Of a stretch of 64,000 nt of DNA, positions 11,808 to 23,078 are shown piece after piece. The number at the start of each line of letters is the position of its first letter. The stretch's first letter is position 1. The DNA is from Apostichopus japonicus (lineage: Eukaryota). The translations under genes were made by a program, and so were the position numbers. The notes under the pieces were generated by a model, which was given only the letters and a program-made list of their open reading frames with translations, searched no databases and was not told the origin of the DNA. The stretch is taken from NCBI RefSeq assembly GCF_037975245.1, contig NC_092575.1:8205331-8269330 (forward strand), read 5' to 3'.

Positions 11808-13433
11808 TCTTGAAGCGAGGTTATTTTCTTCCTGAGTAAAAAGGAAAGATTTTAAGGTTATGTAGTGCTCAGTAGCCTAAGTTGTAATAAAGCATGAATG
11901 TGTTGTAACTAGGATAAAAATTTAAAGTTACATGAACCACCAATATTGTGCCATACAGCTAGCTGTTACCTTACCATGTCCCTATCTATATATGCCATCA
12001 CATCCAATCAGAGCATAATAGTGTTAACATTTTGTGCAGCAGTTTAAGTCACTTAACTTTCAGTGTACAAAACTGCTATACATCTTTGCACTTGAAGAGC
12101 AATTTGTCCACGTTGCTCTGCGGTACCGGATAAATAATGCCCTGCCAACAGAACAGAACGACCAAAATACTGTAATGATAGGCCACTCAGACTTTTGTTT
12201 GCATCATAAAAGCAACTTTGATTGTCAATAGAAGTGAACGTTACACACACTGATGCACAAGTTATGGCAAAGAGTCGCACAACAATTTTAGTTATCCACA
12301 TTGCTCATGAAATGATCCAGTACCCTCAGGAAAAAAAATGAAAACGAAAAACCACCCTGTATTCTGTAGGAAGGTGTCTTTTTCAAACCTAATTTAACAA
12401 AGCAATTTACAAGGGGTATATGGGGAATCATTTGCCAATCTGCCATTTTGGACAACTCCACTGGATAGGAAATCCAACAGGATGATGCATAGGCTAGGTG
12501 CACCTTTTTTGTATTTAATTAATCCTCAGTTTTGAGTAGCAAGTGGCAATGCAAAATGCTAATTTGATATCACACGAGTACCAAAACAAATACTTCACTC
12601 AAAGAAAAGTCTCAATGCCAACCGATTTCTCTTCTTTGTGAGGCCATCATTGAAAATTCATATATATTCACATATTTACACCAAGGACTTTATATGTATC
12701 CTATTTTAACATTTCCTGTTTAGAATATAGCATTTTGACCAAACTCCAAACAATGGGGGAAAAATCTACTTGATTATAAAGCCAGACTTTTCAAGATATG
12801 AACTGCAAATGCTGCAGAGTTGTGGTCAAATGCCTAAAACAATTCAAAAAATATGCAATGTTACATGTAAACCAAGAAAGACACATTACTTGTGACTGGA
12901 TTCGGAATACCATGACTAATGTGTCCACTTTTGTATAGCCTATGCACTTTTAGCCAACTGCACTATCCATACACTTGTAATTTCCTTTAAAAAAATTTAA
13001 AAAATCAGTTTCAGAAATTGAAATTCATCCATGGCTTGGGAAATGATTTATTTGATATTCCTAGGCAATTGCAAGCCTCCGCAAGGCGAAACTCATCCAG
13101 AATAAGACTGTCATTCTTTGTGCTTTGACCTAGCCTACCTATCGACAGAAATTCGTTCCAATCATTCCTGTACTAGCGTCAAGATAATCAGAAAACATTT
13201 TGAACCCATGGTCAATCATAGGATTAATTCCAAACAGCATTGAGTTTCTGCAATTTTTTTGGGACGACAATGTTGGTTCGTTATACATACCCATGCAGCT
13301 ACTGTAGCCTATACTCACCGTTTAGGATGAAAAGCTAGGTCTACCTAATGTTAGGCCTAGATAGGGTAAACACTACAGATGGAAAATATGTGGCCTATGA
13401 ACATTAGGATTCACACGTGAAGTCGTAACTCAC

Positions 13434-13730
13434 CAAAATAAAACGGTCAAATTTCGTTGTTGGAACACAGATGGGTCTTCAGATTCAGACACGGGTTCAA
13501 CACGTCAGGTTTGCTGCAATTACGAACAGTAAATGGTTGTATCGTTAAGCATAACAGGCAATAAGTACTGATACAGGGGATCTGTCATGTACAAAATTAT
13601 AGAAAATACTTGATTGTGATTGGATCATTATTTGCATTTTTTAGTAGGTTATAACGCTTCGGCCATCGTGCTAAGCGTTCGAGCGGTAAGATTTGTGATT
13701 GGTTAAAGTTGCGCAAGGTACAGTAGCTTA
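13434..13730 (-). promoter_or_regulatory. Candidate non-coding first exon and CCAAT-box promoter for the minus-strand DYNLL gene
   Basis: The minus strand shows a consensus donor ...ccgttttattttg|gtgagt (+13428-13433 = actcac). Upstream at 13590-13710 there are two ATTGG (reverse CCAAT) boxes (ttgtgattggatcatt, ttgtgattggttaaag) in GC-richer sequence. The inference rests on geometry only. Confidence 0.25.
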
Positions 13731-13949
13731 TAACAAAGCTTTCCTGACAACCAGAACCCTGGTAACAGTGTATACGTTACTATGCATTTTGTTAGAGCGC
13801 GAAGTTTGTGCTCACGTCAATAAATAAAATAGCATTTACCATCCCGTCTAGTCTGCATGGTAACTGGTACAGGTATACAAGTTTGGTATTCGAGCCAATG
13901 AAGGCTAGGGTGAGGAAGGGAGGGGTTAGGGAAGGGTAGCTTTTCTGCA

Positions 13950-14350
13950 ATAGTACCAGTGGCGTAGGAAGGTACTTTTGAGTGGGGGGGGGGCTGAAGA
14001 CTGATGGCCGGCCTGGGGGAGGGGCATAAGGGGAGGGGGTGTCCCCTCCCCTTTGGAATTTTTTTGCATTTCCAGGTGGCCTCAGATGCAATTTGGTGCA
14101 ATATAGCACACTTCAACTCCCACTCCATTTTGTAAAGAATTTTGCATTTTCACCTGGCCTTAAATGCAATTTGGTGCTCCAAATGAGATTTTTTTCTCAT
14201 TTGGAAATGAAAAAGGGGATTTCTGACTTGCGGAGCGGGGGGGGGGGGGCGGAATGATACTTCCGCCCCCCATATTTTTCACTGGGGGAGGCTGGCGCCC
14301 CCCCCCCAGCCCCCCCCCCCCCGGTTCCTACGCCCTTGAATAGTACAGAT
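13950..14350. repeat. Fragments of a G/C-homopolymer hairpin repeat family (cagtggcgtaggaagg...GGGGGGGGGG; ggggagggggtgtcccctcccc; ...ccccccggttcctacgcccttg). An internal ~65-bp tandem duplication lies at 14040-14200.
   Basis: The same motifs recur at 25770-27000, 60040-61600, 62590-62870 and 63240-63340. Confidence 0.5.
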
Positions 14351-14756
14351 CAGTGTAACTGATGGGTGAGGATAGCAAATGGAGGGACGGGGAATGAGAC
14401 ACAGGTAAATTGGAAATATTGTCCTTCAAAATGGATCAGCTATCAGTTGGCCTAAAAGAAGTCCAATTTTACCCATGCATGCAGTACGCGTGGTGACGAA
14501 CAGGCAGTCAACTTCTCACGATTTCGTCAAATTCAATCCATGTGCATCCACTGTAAAAGGACCTTAACAGAGATCTGTACAAATACAAAACAAGCTATAG
14601 TTTAGTGACTTTTTTTTAGAACACGGAGTGCATTGGCCTAGTAACGCCACTGATTGTCTATCCGATTTGGCCGGTAATTTCCGCTTGGCAGATGAATCCG
14701 GCTTGCAACGAACGAGAGTGTACTTTTGGCAAGCCGTTTGAACATTTCCCTCCCAA

Positions 14757-15065
14757 TTCCACTTAAGTGGAATACATTTTCACTTAAGTGGAATTGAATT
14801 TAACTTAAGTGGAATACATTTCACAATTGCCTCCACGTTAGTGGAATACATTTTGCCAATTTTACTTAAGTGAAATAGAATTTCGCTTGAGCAGAATGCA
14901 ATTCCACTTAAGTGAAATGGAATTTCACTTAAGCGAAATAGAATTGAGCTTAAGTGAAACATGGTGACCAGTTCATGAATTTAGCTTAAATGGAATTTAA
15001 TTTAACTTAAGTGAAATTGAATTCCACTTAAGTGAAATGCATTCCATGCACTTAAATGAATTCCA
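14757..15065. repeat. Satellite-like tandem array of about 20-22 bp, roughly 14 units (cacttaagtggaat.(a/g)aatt(t))
   Basis: Consecutive units cacttaagtggaatacattt / aacttaagtggaatacattt / cacttaagtgaaatggaattt and so on, with unit-to-unit variation. Confidence 0.7.
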
Positions 15066-16194
15066 CTTCGTTAAAAGCGGCTTGCCATATATCACTGCAG
15101 GCCATTCGGCAAAGCAAAAAAAAAAACACAATGGGATATAATGAAGCCCCTATTGGCGAAGACCTCGCAAACTGTAGCATTTTGAGATAATACTTGCTCA
15201 TTTGTTTACGCCCATGCTCGCAATACGTTAAATGAAATATTTAAAATACTCAATGAAATATCAGCATGAAAGTAAATCATCAACCTATAACTCACAATTA
15301 CCTGCAAGAGAGATATGTTATAACAAGAACACATGAACACATTCTCATTCTCTTATAAGCCTGCCATTGCTGCTTTGCTCAAGGATTGCATTATACTTGC
15401 AACGTAAAGGTGGTACTTATAATAATAGCTGACCAATCTCTTGATTTGTAGCTCTATGATTTTAGTTATTAACATGCGGACCGTTACGTGAATTACAACC
15501 GCTTACTTGTAGGGGAGAGGGATGCTATCTCGAAAAAGTGCGTCACTATATATATTTAGCTTCCCCTCTGTCCTCACATGAATGAATATAAAGATATGAT
15601 ATTGTTTATTTGATTGGTGGAACGGGGGTGGGGGGGGGGGGTTGTAATTGAGTGGTCCACACCTACTCCCGAACCCTCCCTTGACGTGACGCCTCTACGC
15701 ATATAGGCTAATCCCAGTGTTTGTTTCATTACAGTATCATCAAATGATGACGGCATCGCCCGGCGAATGTATTACAATTCTATATAAAAGTTTGGTATAC
15801 TGAAATGTCACTTTGACAGCAGATATAGAAAACATCCCTCATTAGACTATCCCCAGCCTCTCACAATCTTTTCTCCCCACATTCGCAGGTCTGCCCTCCT
15901 GGTCCCCCTTCCTTCCTTTCACCTCTGTAACTATATAACCGGGAGCTCCAATTGTTATACTCCTCAGAATGTTTCTCCACAACCAATAATCCTCTCATCA
16001 CTCCTTCCTTTCCATCTTCCTCTCCTTTGTTGTGCCTACTTTGCCTCTATTCATTGCTCATTTGTGGAATTAAACTGTCCGCCTGTGTCTCTTAATGAAT
16101 TCTTACTCTGTTTTGTTTTACACTGTTAACATCTGAATAAAGATTCGTCTGGGATCAAGAAGTCCCTCTTTCTTGTACATATGAAAATTAAAAT

Positions 16195-16198
<4 letters not shown>

Positions 16199-16274
<76 letters not shown>

Positions 16275-18250
16275 GTGCGTATCCAGGGGGGGGGCGTTGG
16301 GGGCGCGCGCCCCCTGGGTAAGGAAAAGAGGAGAGAAAAAAAGAGAAGAAACAAGGGAAAAGGAGGGGGGAAAAAGAAAAGGAGGAGAGGAAGGAAGGGA
16401 AAAGAAAAAGAAAAAAGAGAGAAAAAGGAAAAAAGGAAGGAGTAGAAGATAGCCAAGACCTCGGGAAGAGAAAGAGGAACAGTCATAGTTAAAGCGCTGA
16501 TCACTATTATATACACAGGGTAGCCAGTGACAGATCAAGGATTACGGAGGGGGGTGTGCGCCTCACCCTACCCCTTACACCGACAACTCCATTTTTGACG
16601 TTTCCATTTTTCCTCTCTCACTAATGTATCTATATAAATACTATATATATGGTCTATCATAACGCGTGTGTGTGTGTATGGACGCCTTAAACAATTGTAC
16701 AATTGTGCTATATGGAACCAACTGTGGCTGGTCTTGAACTCGACCGAGTCGTCGGGGTACATGACGCATTTCGGGAAGGGGGCGAACGCCCCCCCCCCCC
16801 CCGAGCAAATTTTCTTTATGACATCGCTAGTAATTTCAAAATAGACATTGCTTAGATGCAACTTTCAAGGCCTGGGAAGTGTCATTTCCAGCGATCTGGG
16901 AGGCATTTTCGGCCAAAATTTTGCTTGTACGCTTCGCGCCAACTCATGGTGGCGCTTCGCTTAGATAGTTTGCCTACAGGCTTCGCCCCTCCCTTGGCAA
17001 TTACTCGCTACACGCCTGTTCGAATTTTTAAAGCAAAGAGCAGATATAACATCATATCAGTGAGCATTGAAATGCATGTTCCACGATGAACAGCCTCAAA
17101 AACTGTCTATGTGTGTAGTTAAAGGCGTAGGAGCCCAATTGGATTTGGGGGCTGTAATGACTTGCCCGAAAAAAAGCCAAAATTTTTCGCGCGCGGAGCG
17201 CGCGTTCAACATATCGATGCCAATATCATATAAGCAAGCATCGGTCATTACAGTGCATAGCATCGTGCACCTTATGGTCCGTGAAAGTTCCACAGTATAC
17301 CGCTGGATGCTAACAACCAAATGTCTTATGTAGATGGAGAAAAATCATACAGATCCATTTATGTCAAAACTCTCTTTTACAAAGGTAATGTCGGCCAAGC
17401 TTACAACTTTATTTTAATTACCAAGGAGATCATTTTTAAGCTATTCATTGCTATTTATTTTTCTTTCAGTAGGTGCCCGAAAAAGATGGGGAAAAATTTG
17501 GTTGAGGGGGGGGGGAGGGGGGCTGCAGCCACCGCCTCCTACGGGACCTACGTCTATGTGTGTAGTGTTCGGTTTCGATATACCTCATATCGGAAATATC
17601 GGCTATTTTTCATTTCCTTCAACCAAGTTTTATAATAGCCGTTATAAGAGGTTGCAATATTTCTACACCAATAAATTAACTGTGTCGGAATTTTCCAAAA
17701 TTTCCTCACCAACATTCTTCATCATACTTTCCTCTACTCGTGCAACTTTGACCTGTCTGTTAGGGGTTCAAGGAGGTTTTTCTATATTGCTTGTCCATAG
17801 ACTGAATTTTGTGCAACATTATGGGTATGTTTTCAAGTGATTTTATTCACGAGAAATTTGAATTTTCAAATTCTCAACAAATAATCGGCTTAAAACCTTG
17901 AAAAGTGGGGCTTTCGGATATTGTGGGCCGTGACGTAGAATCACCTACAAAAGCAATCATCCATAGGACATGCAATCAGGTCGAACATGATGTGTGACTG
18001 GTGACAATCTGCAAAAAGGTTATGGATGGAAAAAACTTTTGGGAAACACTTGGTTCTCAGGCAAAAGTGTACATCTGGTTGGTCATTTCAAGCCCGAGAA
18101 GTGCTATTTCCGGTGATCTGGGGGGTATCAAAACCAGAAATTTTCTTGTACGCTGCGCGCCAACTGATGGTGGCGCTCCGCTTAGATAGTAATTCGCGCC
18201 CCCCGGGTTAGAAAATCCTGGATACGCGCCTGATATATATATATATAAAC
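16199..18250. mobile_element. Composite element of about 2 kb, bounded by inverted repeats (AT)n-CAGGTGCGTATCCAGG-Gn ... Cn-CCTGGATACGCGCCTG-(AT)n. It contains two copies of the GCGCCACCATCGGTTGGCGC hairpin sub-repeat.
   Basis: Left end at 16199-16310: (AT)~32, caggtgcgtatccaggggggggg and the perfect palindrome GGGGGCGCGCGCCCCC. Right end at 18190-18250: gcgccccccgggttagaaaatcctggatacgcgcctg followed by (AT)7. Inside lie a 140-bp poly-purine tract (16315-16460) and sub-repeat copies at 16868-16990 and 18035-18200. Confidence 0.45.
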
Positions 18251-18254
18251 GTTT

Positions 18255-19290
18255 ACTTATTAAGAGAAGACGAATCACATCATTCCATGAAAACAAAAAC
18301 TGTTAAATATTTGACTGCATTGAAACACTATAGTGGAACTATGTGTTGTTTGTGGACCAAAGACAGGCAGTGTCCTTCAAAAGAAAAGCAGGACAACTTG
18401 ATCAGATAACTAAGATTTGATTGAAATATTGCTGATTGTTATCCACTCTTCACATATTTTGTGTACAGTTAACTTATCGATTGTGTTTATATCAGTTTTA
18501 ATTTTAGTTCACCTGTAACCCATAAATATTAAAACTATGATCTGTGAACTGCGGTTATTTTTCAGGGTATTGTTAGCACCCCAAAACATGATCACGATTC
18601 CACCACGCAATTACTTTATCTGTATCAGACTCTGAGATTTTCCCAGGACCCATTTCCTCTTTATCCAGGGGAGAATTTAAAGCAGGTATAAGAATTAACT
18701 TAGATTTGGTGGAATAAGTTTCTTGATTACCGTACTACATCTAGTTAAAGTCTGTAAAGTGGTTTTGTTCGTTTCACTAAATGTCTCTAATGGGTGTTAA
18801 CTGGGTATGTTGGAAGCTTTCATCTCCATAAAGCTTTAGCAATGTCTCTCAAAATTTCAACAAAACTGTATATAAGTTCATCACCCTTCTGGGCATTGCC
18901 TATATAGACTTGCCCTATTTAATGGCCAATTTTACTTTTTTGAAGCTTTTACTGTAAGCTTTACTACGACCAAAGCAATTTAACCTTCATTCACAGACTT
19001 TAATGAAGTTACGCAGTTGGTTATCATTTATTGCTGTAAATCTCTCATTCCGTAGGAAATAACTCTACTGAAAGTTGTGCCTGCCAACTCAGCACTGCGT
19101 CTGCGTGCTATTCTTGACTTTGAAGATGCGAAGAAGGTCCAGGGACTTATATTACACTCCCAGGAAGGAGGTCATTGTTGATATATATATATATATGCCA
19201 GAGGAACCCTGATCAAACCAAACCAGGCCATCAAACTTAGGGCCCGCAAAGAGACCAAGGGCTCCCGGTTCCGCCCACTGGTGCATGACA
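18255..19290 (+). pseudogene. Decayed partial paralog of MVP. It comprises the promoter-proximal 270-bp unit, the 3' end of intron 1 with exon 2 (internal ~100-bp deletion), and exon 3 (internal deletion replaced by (AT)n).
   Basis: 18255-18440 aligns to 28277-28440. 18445-18700 aligns to 30270-30620, with the acceptor and exon-2 ends conserved but the middle missing. 19030-19275 aligns to 30740-30975, with 19190-19200 (AT)n in place of about 60 nt of exon 3. The reading frame is destroyed. Confidence 0.75.
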
Positions 19291-21378
19291 CCTCTACGCA
19301 TAAAGTCAAACAATAACAGCAGATATTACAGGGAACATGTTTCATATCAGATTGTACTATGTGGTAACTCTTTGATACACAATTTGTCGTTTGTAAAGTT
19401 CAAATTTATGCACGTCAATGATTTCTGTCTCGAAATAGAGTCAATATCCCTTTCGAAAATGGTGAACGTTCGACCCTAGTTATAGGACTTTAAAATGTTG
19501 TTACAATTTTGAATTTCATGTAACTTTAAAATATTAATAAATTAAAATTTGCTTCACCGTTGAGTGTGTGTGGGGGAGGGGGTGGGTAGGACGCCCCCCC
19601 ATTTTCCCGTGATGTGCACTTCATGCATATACGTTTTTACACTATCAAAATGTTCCCAACTGTTCTCCCTACTCACTGGCCCCCATCATCACTTTGGAAT
19701 TTCTGGTGCCCCCACTGGAAAAGGGACACAATCATACTCGGGGTGTCCTATAACTTGTGAAGGTTTTGTAAGCCAGTCTGACATATGAATTAACTGGAAA
19801 GGGAAGTTTGCATGCACTGAAGAATTATACATGTCGTACCGTGTACTGTATAGCACAAGGAAAGCTGGAAGATAAGATTAAATTTAGACTTCAAAAATAA
19901 CAGAACACTCTTGTATTTCTATGGTCTAAGTGTAAGAAATGCTTTCTACTGTATGCGATTAAGTTAGGGACTCGATAAGGATAAAACTACCGTATTGTTC
20001 TGACATGGCAATAATTATCATAAATGATGTATATATAGTGCCCATCCATTAGCATTTTTTGAAAACATGGATTATTTGGATCAGTGACACCAATAAAACA
20101 TGTTTTTTGCGTCGCAAGTACAATTTAAAGCAAAAAAAAAGTAAAAACAAATTGTACAATTTACACACATTACGTTGCAACGGCTTGATATGTACGGAGC
20201 AGCAGAATTGACACCATATTATTAACTTATATACATTACAAAACACTGAAAATCTCAAAATAACCGTTTTCAAATTAAGTATTTCTTGTAAAAACTTGTC
20301 ATAACTTGACAAGTCGTAATTAATACAGATTTTTTTTTTTGAAGAGAGGAAAAAGAACAGTTTAAGACGTTATTGCGCTTCCGTATTTACCTTGTTTGGA
20401 AGAAAATAGTTGCACCATTCAACGCAATGAGGAAGTTATGTATCAACCCTCTTAATAATGAATTCTACATTTACAAATTTATATTTTGTTTTTTAATTTA
20501 GCTAAAAATATCAATGAAACATTAAACGTAATTTTTTGATGCTTTTGGGGGTATTTTACTTATTAAATGTCTTAATGTTTCTGTTTTACTGGACGAATGT
20601 AGTTATGAGCAGCTACCATATTTTAGGAAAATAGGGGTTAGTATTTGTTGACGACGTAGTGATGAGAGACAAAAATAAACATTACGTGTTTCTTACACCC
20701 TAGCAAAGCCCTGTATTGAATCAGCTCCGTCGAGTGTGATATCCAGAATCAATACAGTCGTATCCGGAACAGGTCGTGTAGATGTATGTCTGATGCACTG
20801 GTGAGCTTCGAATTGGTTACCTTCTGTAAGTATGAATAAGCTATTAATACTGTTGGATAGACACATCTTTGCATATTTCTAGGCTAGGCCTAGGTATTGT
20901 AATATATACGATCATATACTTCCTTCGTCCTTCCTTAAAGAAAAAACACTTACTGTAGGTTTGGCCTAGCCTAGTATTATTACAAGTGTACACAGGCCAG
21001 GATACCCATAGCACTTACGTTAGGGCTTGGTATGCAAAGTAATGGTTCATTGGTCATATGACACAAGCAGAATTATGAAGTACTTCCTCAGAGTTAGACT
21101 GTATAGCTGATACTGATAGTCATAGAAAGTTACACCACAAAATGTAATAATTGACGCAAAATGTCATCTTAAACCAGATATGTAATAACATTCGCCACAA
21201 AATGCAATCTTAACAGCAAATATAATAACTATTTTGACGCAACATGTAATTATCCTTTAACGAGGTACACAATACCTTCTTGATGCAAAATGTAATCAAA
21301 ATTTAAAGAGAAATTTAATAATGCAAATTGTAATTACTTTTGTTCATGTCATACTTGGAAATACTTTTATGGATAGAT

Positions 21379-23078
21379 GTCATAAGTAGTGTTCAACCGA
21401 TTATGCATAACAGAAAATACCGATTACCGATTATTTTTTCCATAATCGTACCGATTCCGATTATTTGAAAATGAGAAAATATCCCGTATATACGAAATCG
21501 GCAATAAAGTTTGACAGAAACAATAATTGTTGTGATTTTCCCCTGTTTCCTTTTGCTTCGTTGTTATACAAGGCTCTAATGTATGTATGTACCAAATTAC
21601 CTCTGGAGTTTCTCGGAAAGAAAAAAAAAGTGTTTTTTTTTTAAATTTCCAAAATACGGAAATATGACATCCTACCTAGTCAGTACTGTGCTAAGCGAAT
21701 GGCCTAACCACCTCGACGTGAATGTCACCTGCTAATGGCTTGAAATGGGCTAAGAATAGTTACTCAAAATATCCATCTCAAAAAGTATCTCAGACAAACC
21801 ATCCATCTTCAATCTTTACCAAAGTGTAAATTTTAATTACATGTTGCCTTCATTCCGACATTATTTTCTACTTATTTTCAGTATTATACTGTTTATGAAC
21901 AAATAGAAATGTTACGAACTTCAAGTTAAACATACCTATTCGTTACCTATTTAACTCGGAGAAGGTTTAATTAGAAAATGTAAGCTTAGGCCAATCAAAC
22001 TGAAAAGCAAATTGTACCATCGTAACTTGTTTAAAATTACTCTAAAATGTAATACCAGATTGATGTAAAGAAATAATAACAACTAGAAACTACTCCAATA
22101 TAACATTCCCTCTGTAAGATATATCACTTACAGTACCTTCCAAACAAATGCCGATTTCCAGCAAATTGAAAGTTTGCTACGCATTTTTTTTTTTTGCAAA
22201 CCGATGGTTAGGCTACATTTCTCATTGACTTAGTGTGGTTGTTAGGCTAACATGTGGTCGAAGATTGCAGTTTCCGTGGATATTTTTATTTGCGACACAA
22301 CTAGAGCGAATTAACAGATGGCAAGGTTAGATTTCCATGCAGTTGACTTAGTGTGAAGTAAGACTACCATGTGGTCGGAGATTTGTGAGGATTTTAGGTT
22401 ATTTTCGCTGATACTGAAATTGCTTCGTGCACGCCGTAATTTTCCACGGTAACTTCCCGGGGATTGTGCGCGACCCTACCGCACTGCTTCAAATTTGATG
22501 CGGCATGTGAAAACTGTTTGCGCGATTCGCGCTGCAACTGCAATTCCTAGCTAAAGCAAACGCATGTCACAATTAATTTTACACAGACACCTGATATAAC
22601 GAGGGCGATTTTCTTATATTTCTTTTTCACACTCGTAATTGTGCTTTAGGAGGGCTTTTTAGCACATCGCTCCCGCTTATTTCCGACCCTGTCAAGCACA
22701 TTCGTTAATTCGCGAAATTGGTATTGCTGCTATGCCTACTGTGCCAAGAAATTTGAAGTCACTAACCACGAGGGAAGCAAAATCGGCGACCCCGGCAGCG
22801 TAAATTGATGAAAGTATACACTGTGAAAGACGTATATAGAGGGTGTCTTATTTTAATATTTCGTAGTAAAAGAACAAACCTAATACATAAGTTGATATTT
22901 TCAACTTCCATATGTTTTTGAATAATGATATTTTCACCTTCCATATGTTTTTGAATAATCGGTATGAAATAACTGGTATTCCACGTAATTTTTACCGATT
23001 CCGATTATGTTCCGATTATGCAATATTCGTACCGATTCCGATTCCGATTAGGTTAATCGGTTGAACACTAGTCATAAG
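21379..23078. mobile_element. Non-autonomous hAT-like DNA transposon, about 1.68 kb. It has 17-bp perfect TIRs (TAGTGTTCAACCGATTA), an 8-bp target-site duplication (GTCATAAG) and subterminal CCGATT repeats.
   Basis: Left: gtcataag|tagtgttcaaccgatta (21379-21403). Right: taatcggttgaacacta|gtcataag (23054-23078). The TIR starts with the hAT-type YARNG (TAGTG). Subterminal ccgattaccgatta / ccgattccgatta repeats occur at both ends. No transposase ORF is present internally. Confidence 0.7.

Noticed and set aside
16118-16538. Minus-strand ORFs of 116-132 aa (poly-F/L/S, IYIYIY...)
   Set aside because: They are translations of the (AT)n microsatellite and the poly-purine/pyrimidine tract. This is low-complexity DNA, not coding sequence.
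19564-19788. A 74-aa ORF beginning in GTGTGTGGGGGAGGGGGTGGG
   Set aside because: It starts inside a G-rich repeat-family fragment and has no coding features.
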